A stretch of DNA of 64,000 bases, taken from positions 960,001 to 1,024,000 of the forward strand of contig CAVOKF010000007.1 in NCBI GenBank assembly GCA_963696385.1. The letters are read 5' to 3'. Every line of letters starts with the position of its first letter. Within the stretch, counting starts at the first letter, position 1. Positions 43,153 to 53,101 of the stretch are shown here, piece after piece. Origin of the DNA: an uncultured delta proteobacterium. Lineage in GTDB: Bacteria; Myxococcota_A; Polyangia; Polyangiales; Polyangiaceae. Both the position numbers and the translations under genes were made by a program. The notes under the pieces were generated by a model, which worked only from the letters and a program-made list of their open reading frames with translations, ran no database searches and was not told where the DNA came from.

Positions 43153-44296
43153 CTACGGCGCGTCCGCTTCGTCCGTGACGCCGCCTTTCCGCAGCGTGCC
43201 GCCGGCGGCGGCGAGCAGGTACGCCTCGATGAACTCGTCGAGTTGGCCGTCGAGCACCGCGTCGACATTGCCGTTCTGATGCGAAGTGCGAAGATCTTTC
43301 ACGAGTCGATACGGCTGCAGGACGTAACTGCGGATTTGATTGCCCCAGGCAATTTGGGCCTTGTTGGCCGCTTGTGCGGCAGCCTGGTCTTCACGTTTCT
43401 GCATTTCGATCTCGTAGAGTTTGCCCTTCAGCATCTTGAGCGCCATTCGGCGGTTCTGGTGTTGCGAGCGCTCCGCGCGGCAGACGATGACGATGCCGCT
43501 CGGCAGGTGCTTCATTCGGACGGCCGTCTCCACCTTGTTGACGTTCTGGCCACCCTTGCCGCCGGCCCGCATGGTGGTGATCTCCAGGTCCTCGTCCTTC
43601 ACTTGGATGTCGATTTCGTCCTCGATGTCCGGCGTGACTTCAATGGCCGCAAAGGCCGTCTGCCGGCGCGCGTTCGCGTCGAACGGCGAAATGCGAACCA
43701 GACGGTGCACGCCATTTTCGCTGCGCAGGTAACCGAACGCGTGGTCGCCCTGGACACTGAAGCTCGCACCGTCGATTCCCGCCTCCAGTCCCTCCTGGTA
43801 GTCGATGATCTCGGTCTTGTAGCCCCGGCGCTCGCACCAGCGAAGATACATGCGAAGAAGCATCTGCGCCCAGTCTTTGGCATCGGTTCCGCCGGTTCCG
43901 GGATGGATGCTCACAATCGCGTTCGCGTGGTCGACCGGGCCGGAGAGCATTCGCGCGAGCTCCGCCTCGCGAACACGCACCGCGAGCTTGGGAATCTGCG
44001 CTTCGGCTTCGGCTACCGTGGCGTCGTCGCCCTCCGCAGCGCCCAGTTCGAGCAGCACGGACCCGTCGTCCACGTCGCGCGACAGCTTGTCGATGGCGCC
44101 GATCTGCTGCTCGAGGTTCGAACGGCGCCGCGTGACCGTTTGCGCCTTCTTGGGGTCGTCCCAGAACCCCGGCGTCAGCGTTTCACGCTCCAAATCGGAA
44201 ATCTGGGCCGTGAGCTTGGGGATGTCAAAGATGCCCCCTTAGCGCCATAAGGCGCCGTTGGAGGTCGGCAATTTGGTCGCGCGACTCGCTGATCAT
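43153..44296 (-). CDS. prfB: Peptide chain release factor 2 with programmed +1 frameshift
   Basis: [23 protein letters not shown], then CTT-TGA-C. The +1 frame continues DIPKL... with SPF and GGQ motifs. Confidence 0.97.
44224..44239 (-). promoter_or_regulatory. prfB +1 frameshift cassette
   Basis: Minus strand AGGGGG-CAT-CTTTGAC: internal SD, 3-nt spacer and slippery site. Confidence 0.95.
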
Positions 44297-44322
44297 CGGA
44301 ATCCGCTGAAGTCCCGCCCACT

Positions 44323-44351
44323 CGTCTAACGGCGCGATTCGCTCGGGTCAA
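44323..44351 (-). promoter_or_regulatory. Putative sigma70 promoter for prfB-lysS-lolE
   Basis: Minus strand TTGACC-N17-TAGACG. Confidence 0.5.
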
Positions 44352-44360
44352 GGTAAGCCT

Positions 44361-44463
<103 letters not shown>

Positions 44464-44478
44464 GCGGGGAGGAGTAGG

Positions 44479-45270
44479 GTGGTCGACGTGACGTGGACTT
44501 CCCGCCCAATCGACGATGGGCCGCGACGCCTCGTGCTGCGCGAGGACGGCGGCGTCTATGAGCTCGTCTGCGGCAACGTCGTGCTCCTTTCGAGCGCCGC
44601 TCTCGAGACGGAACTCGCGTTCGGCCGGCTCGCGGCACGCTACCTGACCGAATCGGGGACGACCCAAGCGCAGCACGTCCTGATCGGAGGCCTCGGCTTC
44701 GGCGCCACGCTCCGCGGGGTGCTCGACGTCGTCGACCCCAACGCACGCGTGGCCGTCGTCGAGAAGGTCGCCGCCGTCGAGCGGCTCGCTCGGGGAGAGC
44801 TCGCGGCGATCGCGGGCCGGCCGCTCGACGACCCGCGCGTGACTGTCGTCATCGGCGACGTGAGCGATGTCCTGTCGCGCCAGGCAGGAGGCGTCGACCT
44901 CATCCTGCTCGACGTCGACAACGGCCCGCATTGGGCAAGCTTTCGCAGCAACGCACGGCTTTACGCTCCGGCCGGCCTCGCCACGGCCATGCGCGCTCTG
45001 GTACCGGGAGGCTCGCTCGGCGTATGGAGCGGATACCCGGCCGACGGCTTTCTCGCCCGCCTGCGCGACGCGGACTTCGCGCCCTCCTGCGTGGCCATTC
45101 GCGAACGCGGGCGCGTGCGCGCCCGAGCGTACGTCGGTACCAAGCCCCGGTCGGGTGCTGGGGCCACTTGCTCGATCCCCCGTCCAAGCGCCACCATCGT
45201 GCACGATGCGTCCCGCGGACCTGCTGGCCCAGATCCCGCTATTTCAGTCGCTCGTCGACGACGACCGTGA
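44479..45270 (+). CDS. Spermidine synthase-like SAM-dependent methyltransferase
   Basis: VLIGGLGFGATL, VVEKV, DLILLDVDNGP, GVWS; AGGAG RBS before the GTG. Confidence 0.8.
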   Translation: MVDVTWTSRPIDDGPRRLVLREDGGVYELVCGNVVLLSSAALETELAFGRLAARYLTESGTTQAQHVLIGGLGFGATLRGVLDVVDPNARVAVVEKVAAVERLARGELAAIAGRPLDDPRVTVVIGDVSDVLSRQAGGVDLILLDVDNGPHWASFRSNARLYAPAGLATAMRALVPGGSLGVWSGYPADGFLARLRDADFAPSCVAIRERGRVRARAYVGTKPRSGAGATCSIPRPSATIVHDASRGPAGPDPAISVARRRRP

Positions 45271-46141
45271 AGCGCTGGCCGCACGGCTCACCGAGAAGAG
45301 CCTGCGGGCGGGCGACATCGTGTTCTCGAAGGACGACCCGGGTTCATCGATGTACGTCGTGCAGTCGGGCGCCGTCCAAGTCTACTTGCCGAGCGATGCA
45401 GGAGCACCGCCGGTCGTACTCAAGGACCTACGCACGGGCGAATTCTTCGGTGAGCTGGCACTCTTCGACGATAAACCGCGGAGCGCGAGCGTCCGCGCTC
45501 TGGTGGATACGGTCTTGCTCGAGCTGACGCGCGAGGAGCTCGGCGAGCACCTGAGTCGCTCCACCCGAGCGGCCATGACCATCTTGGCCGAAATGGCCGA
45601 GCGATTGCGCGAGACGAACGCGCTGCTCGGCCAACGAGCGGCCAAGGACGTCGTCCGCGAATTCGAGGAGAACCTGACCTGGGGCCAGCGCCTCGCCGAC
45701 AAAGTGGCGGAGCTCAATGGCAGCTGGGCCTTCATCTTGATGCTCTTGGGCTTGACGGTCGTCTGGTGCTGCGTGAACGCCCCCTCTTGGGCCGAGCGCG
45801 TCGGCATCTACACACGCGACGCACAGGGCAACGTGACGGGGTTCGATCCGTACCCTTTCATCCTGTACAATTTGGTCCTTGCCATTCTGGTCTCGCTTCA
45901 GGGACCGCTCATCGTGATGAGCCAGAATCGCCAATCGGCCAAGGATCGGGCCAAGGCGGACGTCGACTTTCGGGTCAACTTGAAGAACGAAATCGGAATC
46001 GAGCGGATGCTCGCCGAGCTCGGGGCCATGCGCGCAGAAACCAACAAGCGCCTCGAGGTGCTCGAACGCTGGGCGCGCGCGGAGCGGGTCAGGGCAGAAG
46101 TGCCTGCGAAAACACCGGGCGGACCGCTCGGAACCGCCTAG
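45206..46141 (+). CDS. Cyclic nucleotide-binding domain + DUF1003 membrane protein
   Basis: GEFFGELALFDDKPRSASV (cNMP) and ADKVAELNGSW, FDPYPFILYNL, LIVMSQNRQ (DUF1003). Confidence 0.9.
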   Translation: MRPADLLAQIPLFQSLVDDDREALAARLTEKSLRAGDIVFSKDDPGSSMYVVQSGAVQVYLPSDAGAPPVVLKDLRTGEFFGELALFDDKPRSASVRALVDTVLLELTREELGEHLSRSTRAAMTILAEMAERLRETNALLGQRAAKDVVREFEENLTWGQRLADKVAELNGSWAFILMLLGLTVVWCCVNAPSWAERVGIYTRDAQGNVTGFDPYPFILYNLVLAILVSLQGPLIVMSQNRQSAKDRAKADVDFRVNLKNEIGIERMLAELGAMRAETNKRLEVLERWARAERVRAEVPAKTPGGPLGTA

Positions 46142-46250
46142 CCCGCACGAACGGGCCGACAGCGGAGTGGAGACCCGCGGGCCGAGCGCGTATCCCTTGA
46201 GCGACCGCGGCCGGTCCGCTAGAGCGCTGCCTTTTGGATACCGCCAACCC

Positions 46251-47534
46251 ATGCTCGACATCCAATTCATCCGCGACAATGCCGACCAGGTCCGTGCGGC
46301 GATCGCGAACAAGGGGCTCGACCTCGATCTCGACCTGGTACTCGACGCGGATCGGGAGCGTCGAGAGGCGACGCGCGATCTCGAACGACAGCGCGCGCGA
46401 AAGAACGAGCTGTCCGCGCTCATCCCCAAGGCCGCCAAGGACGACCGTCCGAAGCTCGTGGACGAGGCCCGGCAAGTGCGGACCGCCATCGAACTACTGG
46501 AGCCGCGACTGAACGAAATTCAGCGGAGGTTCTTGGACCTCATGCTGCGCGTGCCGAGCGTGCCTCGGCCCGAAGTGCCCCTCGGCCAGGGCGAGGAGCA
46601 CAATGTCGAGATTCGTCGCGTCGGGACGCCACCCCGGTTCGACTTCGCGCCCAAAGACCACGTGACGCTTCTCGAATCGCTCGGCTACGTCGAGTGGGAA
46701 GGGCCGCGGCGGTTCGCCGGCGCCCGCTCTTACGCCCTCGTGGGCCTGGGGGCGCTGCTCGAGATGGCCGTGCTGCGCTTGGCCGTCGACACGTTGGTCG
46801 AGCGCGGGCTGAAACTGGTCGCGCCGCCCGTGATGGTCAAGGAGCGCGCCATGGTCGGCACGGGGTTCTTCCCGCTCGGCCGGGAGGAAGCCTACGCCAT
46901 TACGGCCGATGAGCTATTTCTGATCGGTACGAGCGAAGTTCCCCTCGTCAGCATGCACTGCGATGAAACGCTCGACCTCGACCGGCTGCCCCTTAAGTAC
47001 GCAGGAATCTCGCCCTGCTTTCGCCGCGAAGCCGGGGCCCACGGCAAGGACACGCGCGGCTTGTACCGGGTGCATCAGTTCACCAAGGTCGAGCAGGTCG
47101 TTTTTTGCGAGCCCGATGAAGCGGTCGCCGAAAAGCACCACTACGAACTGCTCGGCAACGCCGAGGCCATTCTCGCCAAGCTCGAGATTCCCTACCGAGT
47201 CATGATCGCGTGCACGGGCGAGATCGGCCAAGGCCAAACACGAAAGCACGAAATCGAGTCTTGGATGCCGGGGCGAAATGCCTACAGCGAGACGCACTCG
47301 TGCTCGACGCTCGGGGACTTCCAATGCCGACGATCGAACATCCGCGTTCGGCGGTCACGAGAAGGATCACAGGGCGAACTGTCGTATCCGTACACGCTGA
47401 ACAACACCGCCATCGCGAGCCCGCGCATTCTCATCCCGCTGCTCGAGAACCACCAAAGGGGCGACGGCACCGTCAGCCTACCCAAGGCCCTGGTCCCCTA
47501 TTTGTCGGGTACCGAACGGCTCATCCCACGGTGA
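46251..47534 (+). CDS. serS: Serine--tRNA ligase
   Basis: MLDIQFIRDN, LIGTSEV, CFRREAG, RGLYRVHQFTKVE, TLNNTAIASPR. Confidence 0.97.
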   Translation: MLDIQFIRDNADQVRAAIANKGLDLDLDLVLDADRERREATRDLERQRARKNELSALIPKAAKDDRPKLVDEARQVRTAIELLEPRLNEIQRRFLDLMLRVPSVPRPEVPLGQGEEHNVEIRRVGTPPRFDFAPKDHVTLLESLGYVEWEGPRRFAGARSYALVGLGALLEMAVLRLAVDTLVERGLKLVAPPVMVKERAMVGTGFFPLGREEAYAITADELFLIGTSEVPLVSMHCDETLDLDRLPLKYAGISPCFRREAGAHGKDTRGLYRVHQFTKVEQVVFCEPDEAVAEKHHYELLGNAEAILAKLEIPYRVMIACTGEIGQGQTRKHEIESWMPGRNAYSETHSCSTLGDFQCRRSNIRVRRSREGSQGELSYPYTLNNTAIASPRILIPLLENHQRGDGTVSLPKALVPYLSGTERLIPR

Positions 47535-47668
47535 GCGTCTGGGCCGTAGCAAGCCCACCGCGCGCGGGGTATTTCGAGCGGCTGGATCGTGCGCCCGTTA
47601 CCGGCAAAAATTCTGGCTTTTTCGCGGGCTGTAAGCCCAGCCGGGGGCAGCGATCCGAAACATATTGC

Positions 47669-47697
47669 TTGACGCGGCGCACAGGTCCCTTCACCCT
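47669..47697 (+). promoter_or_regulatory. Putative sigma70 promoter of ilv-leu operon
   Basis: TTGACG-N17-CACCCT, ending 8 nt before the leader ATG. Confidence 0.55.
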
Positions 47698-47705
47698 TCG
47701 TCCTG

Positions 47706-47843
47706 ATGTTTCGCTTGGGTGCTTCGGAAACTCCGTGCGTCGTCCCCGCCCCGGGACGCGGTATCGTCGTAGTTTCTGGCGTATGTGTCGCCCTCGTATC
47801 GGGCCTCGCGCTTATTGGGCCTGGGTGCGGGCCGCCGAGCTGA
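47706..47843 (+). CDS. ilv-leu operon leader peptide (45 aa, Val/Ile/Leu rich)
   Basis: MFRLGASETPCVVPAPGRGIVVVSGVCVALVSGLALIGPGCGPPS*; 11 of codons 20-37 are V/I/L. Confidence 0.8.
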   Translation: MFRLGASETPCVVPAPGRGIVVVSGVCVALVSGLALIGPGCGPPS

Positions 47844-47864
47844 GGCTTCCTCCTCCACCTTCGG

Positions 47865-47902
47865 CCCCCGCACCCCAGAAAGGGGAGCGGGGGTTTTTTT
47901 TT
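47865..47902 (+). terminator. Intrinsic terminator (attenuator) upstream of ilvD
   Basis: CCCCCGC-A-CCCC-AGAAA-GGGG-A-GCGGGGG followed by T9. Confidence 0.92.
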
Positions 47903-47942
47903 GACCTTTCGTTTGAACCGATTTTCCACACGAGACAAGCCG

Positions 47943-49652
47943 ATGCGAAGCGACCTTCTGAAAAAGGGACCCTCTCGAGCGCCGGCACGCGCCATGCTGA
48001 AGGCGGCCGGTTTCACGGACGCCGACCTCGAAAAACCGTTCATCGGTGTGGCGAACACCTGGACCGAGGTGACGCCGTGCAACGTGCACCTGCGAGCGCT
48101 TGCCGAGAAGGTCAAAGACGGGATTCGGCAAGCGGGCGGCACGCCGGTCGAGTTCAATACGATTGCCATTTCCGACGGGATCACGATGGGCACGGAGGGG
48201 ATGCGCGCATCGCTCGTCTCCCGAGAGGTGATCGCGGACTCGATCGAGCTGTTCGCGTTGGGACACCTGCTCGACGGGATCGTCGCACTTTCTGGTTGCG
48301 ACAAAACCATCCCTGGCACGGTCATGGCCCTGGCGCGCGCCGACGTGCCTTCGCTCATGCTGTACGGCGGGGCGATCGCGCCGGGCCGGTTCGCCGGGCG
48401 CGACGTCACGATTCAGGACGTCTTCGAGGCCGTCGGCGCCAACGCGGCCGGCCGAATGACGGCCAGCGACCTGCGCCTGCTCGAAGACCAGGCCTGTCCG
48501 GGTGCGGGGGCTTGCGGCGGGCAATACACGGCCAACACGATGGCCACCGCCATCGCCTTCCTCGGATTGTCGCCGCTCGGTGCGAACGAAGTCCCGGCGA
48601 CGGACCCCAAAAAGGACGACGTCGCGCGCGCTTGCGGACGTGCGGTGATGCGCATGGTGCATGAGGACCTTCGGCCCCACAGCCTCATCACGAGACAATC
48701 TCTCGAGAACGCCATCGTCTCGGCTTCGGCGACCGCCGGATCGACCAACGCCGTCCTGCATCTCTTGGCGATCGCGCGCGAAGCCGGAGTGCCGCTCACG
48801 ATCGACGATTTCGACCCCATCTCGGCGCGCACCCCGGTCATCGCCGACCTCAAGCCGGGCGGCCGCTTCACGGCCGTCGACATGCACCGGGCCGGAGGCG
48901 AGCGGCTGCTGGGGCTGCGCCTTCGGGACGCGGGTCTCCTGAGCGATACTCCGACGTGCACGGGGCGCACCCTTTTCGAGGAGGTCGCCGATGCCCGCGA
49001 AGAGCCGGGACAGAAGGTCATTTACTCCGTCGCCACGGCGATCAAGCCACGCGGAGGCTTTGCCATTTTGCGCGGAAGCTTGGCGCCCGAAGGCTGCGTT
49101 CTGAAGCTCGCGGGGCACAACCGGGATCAGCACGTCGGACCGGCTCGTGTCTTCGACGGCGAAGAGGCTGCATTCGCCGCCGTGCAGGCCGGAAAGGTCC
49201 GGGCGGGAGACGTCGTCGTCATCCGCTACGAGGGTCCACGCGGCGGACCGGGCATGCGCGAAATGCTGGCGGTGACGGCGGCCATCGTGGGCCGCGGGCT
49301 CGGTGACTCCGTCGCGCTCGTGACCGACGGGCGCTTCAGCGGGGCGACCTACGGGATGATGGCCGGCCACGTTGCACCCGAAGCTGAGGACGGCGGCCCG
49401 ATCGCCTTGCTCCGCGACGGCGACATCGTCCGGATCGACGTGGCCGCACGCCGGCTCGAGGTCGACGTGGATCTACGAGCGCGCGCCGCCGAGTTCGTAC
49501 CTCGTGCCGCCACGCGACTGGGCGGCGTGCTCGGCAAGTACGCCGCACTGGTTTCGTCCGCGTCCGAAGGTGCGATCACGCGGCCGCCAGCGGTCCTCGA
49601 TTCGTCCGCCAAGAGCGGAGCGGTCTTGCCCGGAGGACAATGTCATGGCTGA
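47943..49652 (+). CDS. ilvD: Dihydroxy-acid dehydratase
   Basis: TPCNVHL, SDGITMG, GCDKTIPG, GACGGQYTANTM, GPRGGPGMREML, TDGRFSG. Confidence 0.97.
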   Translation: MRSDLLKKGPSRAPARAMLKAAGFTDADLEKPFIGVANTWTEVTPCNVHLRALAEKVKDGIRQAGGTPVEFNTIAISDGITMGTEGMRASLVSREVIADSIELFALGHLLDGIVALSGCDKTIPGTVMALARADVPSLMLYGGAIAPGRFAGRDVTIQDVFEAVGANAAGRMTASDLRLLEDQACPGAGACGGQYTANTMATAIAFLGLSPLGANEVPATDPKKDDVARACGRAVMRMVHEDLRPHSLITRQSLENAIVSASATAGSTNAVLHLLAIAREAGVPLTIDDFDPISARTPVIADLKPGGRFTAVDMHRAGGERLLGLRLRDAGLLSDTPTCTGRTLFEEVADAREEPGQKVIYSVATAIKPRGGFAILRGSLAPEGCVLKLAGHNRDQHVGPARVFDGEEAAFAAVQAGKVRAGDVVVIRYEGPRGGPGMREMLAVTAAIVGRGLGDSVALVTDGRFSGATYGMMAGHVAPEAEDGGPIALLRDGDIVRIDVAARRLEVDVDLRARAAEFVPRAATRLGGVLGKYAALVSSASEGAITRPPAVLDSSAKSGAVLPGGQCHG

Positions 49653-51390
49653 AGGCGGCAGTAGCGGCGCGAGGAGCGAAGGCACGCGCACCGGCGCAGA
49701 AATCATGTGGGAGGTCCTCGGGCGCGAGGGCGTCGACGTCGTCTTCGGCTACCCCGGCGGCGCGATCATGCCGGTCTACGACGCGATGCTCAAGTACTCG
49801 ATCCGCCACGTCCTCGTTCGGCACGAGCAAGGTGCAGCGCACATGGCCGACGGCTACGCGCGTGCTTCCGGGCGCGTGGGTGTCGCGCTTGCGACGTCGG
49901 GCCCCGGCGCCACGAATCTCGTGACCGGAATCGCAACGGCCATGCTCGACTCGATCCCCATCGTGTGCATCACGGGGCAGGTCTCGTCACGGCTGATCGG
50001 CAGCGATGCCTTTCAGGAGACCGACATCACGGGCGTCACGCTTCCGATTACCAAGCACAACTACCTCGTGACGCGGGTGGAAGACGTCGCGCCCACGATC
50101 CGGGAAGCGTTCTACGTCGCACGCTCGGGACGACCTGGACCGGTCCTCGTCGACATCACGAAGGACGCTCAGCAAGCCGCGATCGACTTCGTCTGGGACG
50201 GCCGGCCCGTGCGCCTGCCCGGCTATCGCCCGGACCACCGAGCGCGCCCCGAGGACGTGAAGCGCGCCGCCGACATGATCGATCACTCCGAGCGGCCCAT
50301 CGTCTTTTGCGGCCACGGCGTGATCGCCGCCGGCGCCGGCGAACTCGTGGGCGAGTTCGTCGAGAAGACGGGCATCCCGGTCGCGTCGACGTTGCTCGGC
50401 CTGGGAGGCTTCCCTGCGACGCACCCGCTGTCGCTCGGCATGATGGGCATGCACGGCGAAGCCTGGGTGAACCGAGCCATTCAAGAGTCGGATCTCATCG
50501 TCGCGCTGGGGATGCGCTTCGACGACCGCGTCACCGGCAAGCTCGAGACGTACGCGCCACGGGCCAAGAAGATCCACTGCGAGCTCGATCCGGCCGAGAT
50601 CAACAAGAACGTCCACGTCGATTTGCCGCTGGTCGGCGACGTCGCCGACACGCTCCGTGCGCTAGTGCCGGCTCTGTCGAGAAGCCACCGCAGCGCTTGG
50701 CTCGCGCGGATCCATGAGCTCAAGGGCGACTCAGCCGTTCGCGACATCCAAACGCTGCCGCACTGCGGCCGCCTCTTCGCCGCGCACGTACTCCATGACC
50801 TCTGGCGCATCACCGAAGGCAAGGCGCTCGTCGTGACCGACGTCGGACAACACCAGATGTGGGAAGCGCAGTATTACAAGCACGACTTTCCGCGCAAGCT
50901 CATCACTTCGGGAGGGCTCGGGACCATGGGTTTCGCCCTACCGGCGGCGATCGGCGCCAAATTCGCGAAGCCCGAGGAAGAAGTCTGGGTCGTCGTCGGC
51001 GATGGCGGCTTCCAGATGACGGCCGCGGAGCTCTCTACCTGCGCGCAAGAAGGCATCAAAATCCACGTCGCAGTCATCAACAACGGCTACCTCGGCATGG
51101 TCCGGCAGTGGCAGCAGTTTTTCTACGGCGGTCGCTACGCAGCGACGCCGATGCGCGGCCCGGACTTCGTGAAACTGGCCGACGCTCACGGCTTGCTCGG
51201 GATGCGGGTCACCGAGCGCGACCAGATTCCGGCTGTGGTGGCGACCGCTCGAGCGGCGAAGGAGACGGCCGTCATCGACTTCCGGGTCGAGCAAGAGGAC
51301 AGCGTTTACCCCATGGTGGCCGCTGGGGCGGATCTTCACGACATGATTCGCCGACCGAACCCAATCGTCGAAACGGCCGACGACGATTAG
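49645..51390 (+). CDS. ilvB: Acetolactate synthase large subunit
   Basis: FGYPGGA, RHEQGAAHMADGYAR, TDVGQHQMW, GDGGFQM, NNGYLGMVRQWQ. Confidence 0.97.
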   Translation: MAEGGSSGARSEGTRTGAEIMWEVLGREGVDVVFGYPGGAIMPVYDAMLKYSIRHVLVRHEQGAAHMADGYARASGRVGVALATSGPGATNLVTGIATAMLDSIPIVCITGQVSSRLIGSDAFQETDITGVTLPITKHNYLVTRVEDVAPTIREAFYVARSGRPGPVLVDITKDAQQAAIDFVWDGRPVRLPGYRPDHRARPEDVKRAADMIDHSERPIVFCGHGVIAAGAGELVGEFVEKTGIPVASTLLGLGGFPATHPLSLGMMGMHGEAWVNRAIQESDLIVALGMRFDDRVTGKLETYAPRAKKIHCELDPAEINKNVHVDLPLVGDVADTLRALVPALSRSHRSAWLARIHELKGDSAVRDIQTLPHCGRLFAAHVLHDLWRITEGKALVVTDVGQHQMWEAQYYKHDFPRKLITSGGLGTMGFALPAAIGAKFAKPEEEVWVVVGDGGFQMTAAELSTCAQEGIKIHVAVINNGYLGMVRQWQQFFYGGRYAATPMRGPDFVKLADAHGLLGMRVTERDQIPAVVATARAAKETAVIDFRVEQEDSVYPMVAAGADLHDMIRRPNPIVETADDD

Positions 51391-51485
51391 TTCGGCAAGC
51401 CGTGGATCGAGATTGCACTCCACCTTTACCCCCGACTCTCGCAGACTAAATTTCGGCGCACAGACTGACACCAAAGGATTGAGTC

Positions 51486-52040
51486 ATGAGCCATGCCACC
51501 CGCCATACGTTCATTGCGTACGTTGAGGACCTGCCCGGGGTGCTGAACCGGGTGACGTCGCTCCTTCGGCGGCGCAACTACAACATCGTCTCGCTGACGG
51601 TCGGGCGGACCGAACGGCCGGGTGTCTCGCGCATGACGATCGTCCTCGATGCCGACGACGACGGAGCGAGGCGCATCGAAGCCAACCTGTACAAGCTGGT
51701 GAACGTATTGTGGGTCGAGAACACGAGCGAAGCGGCGACGATGGTGCGCGAGCTCGCGCTCATCAAGGTGCGTGCGGACGCCAACATTCGCAGTGAAGTG
51801 ATGCGCCTATGCGACGTCTTTCGGGCGCGCGTCGTCGACGTCGGACCGGAGGCGCTCGTCGCCGAGATCACGGGAACGGGCGACAAAATCGACGGTTTGG
51901 TCGACGTGCTGCGGCCCTTTGGTCTGGTCGAAATGGTACGCACCGGGGTGGTCGCGATGGTCCGGAGCGCCGAGGCGACCGCCGATCGCGTTCCGCTGAG
52001 CACCCGGCCGCCGCCTCCCGACGACATGAGGGCCGCCTAA
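51486..52040 (+). CDS. ilvN: Acetolactate synthase small (regulatory) subunit
   Basis: [14 protein letters not shown] domain, [14 protein letters not shown]. Confidence 0.96.
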   Translation: MSHATRHTFIAYVEDLPGVLNRVTSLLRRRNYNIVSLTVGRTERPGVSRMTIVLDADDDGARRIEANLYKLVNVLWVENTSEAATMVRELALIKVRADANIRSEVMRLCDVFRARVVDVGPEALVAEITGTGDKIDGLVDVLRPFGLVEMVRTGVVAMVRSAEATADRVPLSTRPPPPDDMRAA

Positions 52041-52087
52041 ACGAGCTCATGCTCGCCCAACGAATACGAAAAAGGAAACCGACGACA

Positions 52088-53101
52088 ATGGCCAAGATCT
52101 TCTACGACAAGGACTGCGACCTCGCGATCATTCGCGCGAAGAAGGTCGCGATCATCGGGTACGGTTCGCAGGGTCACGCGCACGCGCTGAACCTGAAGGA
52201 CAGCGGGGTCGACGTGAGGGTCGGTCTGCACGCGTCGAGCAAGAGCGTTGCCAAAGCAAAGGCCGCCGGGCTCAAGGTACTGCCGGTCGCGGAGGCCGCG
52301 GCATGGGCCGACGTCGTCATGATCCTCATCCCGGACACGTCGCAGGGCAAGGTGTACGCGGCCGAGATCGCGCCACACCTCGGCCCCGGCAGGACGCTCA
52401 TGTTCGCACACGGGTTCAACATCCGGTTCGGCACCATTTCGCCACGGGCCGACGTCGACGTGAGCATGATCGCGCCCAAGGGACCCGGCCACCGCGTCCG
52501 CGAGACGTTCCAGGCCGGTCAGGGTGTCCCGGCGCTCATCGCGGTCCACCAAGACGCCAGCGGGTCGGCGCACTCGCTCGCACTTTCGTACGCGGGCGCC
52601 CTCGGCGCGGCGCGCGCGGGGGTCCTGGAGACGACGTTCGCCGAGGAAACGGAGACGGACCTCTTCGGCGAACAAGCCGTGCTCTGCGGCGGCGTAAGCG
52701 CGTTGGTCAAGGCGGCATTCGGCACGCTCGTCGACGCCGGTTATCAACCGGAGGTCGCTTACTTCGAGTGCTTGCACGAGCTCAAGTTGATCGTCGACCT
52801 CATGTACCGGGGAGGCCTTCGGTACATGCGCTACTCCATCAGCGATACGGCAGAGTACGGAGACTACGTCTCGGGCCCACGCGTCGTCGACGCGCGCACC
52901 AAAGAGACGATGGGCAAACTCCTCGAAGAGATTCGCTCCGGGCAGTTCGCCCGCAAGTGGATCGAAGAGAACGAGACCGGGCGCAAGTGGTTCTCCGCAC
53001 AGCGGGTGAAGGAGCGCGATCTGCTCATCGAGACCGTTGGCGAAAAGCTCAGGGCCATGATGCCATTTTTGGACCCGGTCAAAGTCGAGCCGCAAGAATG
53101 A
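52088..53101 (+). CDS. ilvC: Ketol-acid reductoisomerase
   Basis: [38 protein letters not shown]. Confidence 0.98.
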   Translation: MAKIFYDKDCDLAIIRAKKVAIIGYGSQGHAHALNLKDSGVDVRVGLHASSKSVAKAKAAGLKVLPVAEAAAWADVVMILIPDTSQGKVYAAEIAPHLGPGRTLMFAHGFNIRFGTISPRADVDVSMIAPKGPGHRVRETFQAGQGVPALIAVHQDASGSAHSLALSYAGALGAARAGVLETTFAEETETDLFGEQAVLCGGVSALVKAAFGTLVDAGYQPEVAYFECLHELKLIVDLMYRGGLRYMRYSISDTAEYGDYVSGPRVVDARTKETMGKLLEEIRSGQFARKWIEENETGRKWFSAQRVKERDLLIETVGEKLRAMMPFLDPVKVEPQE

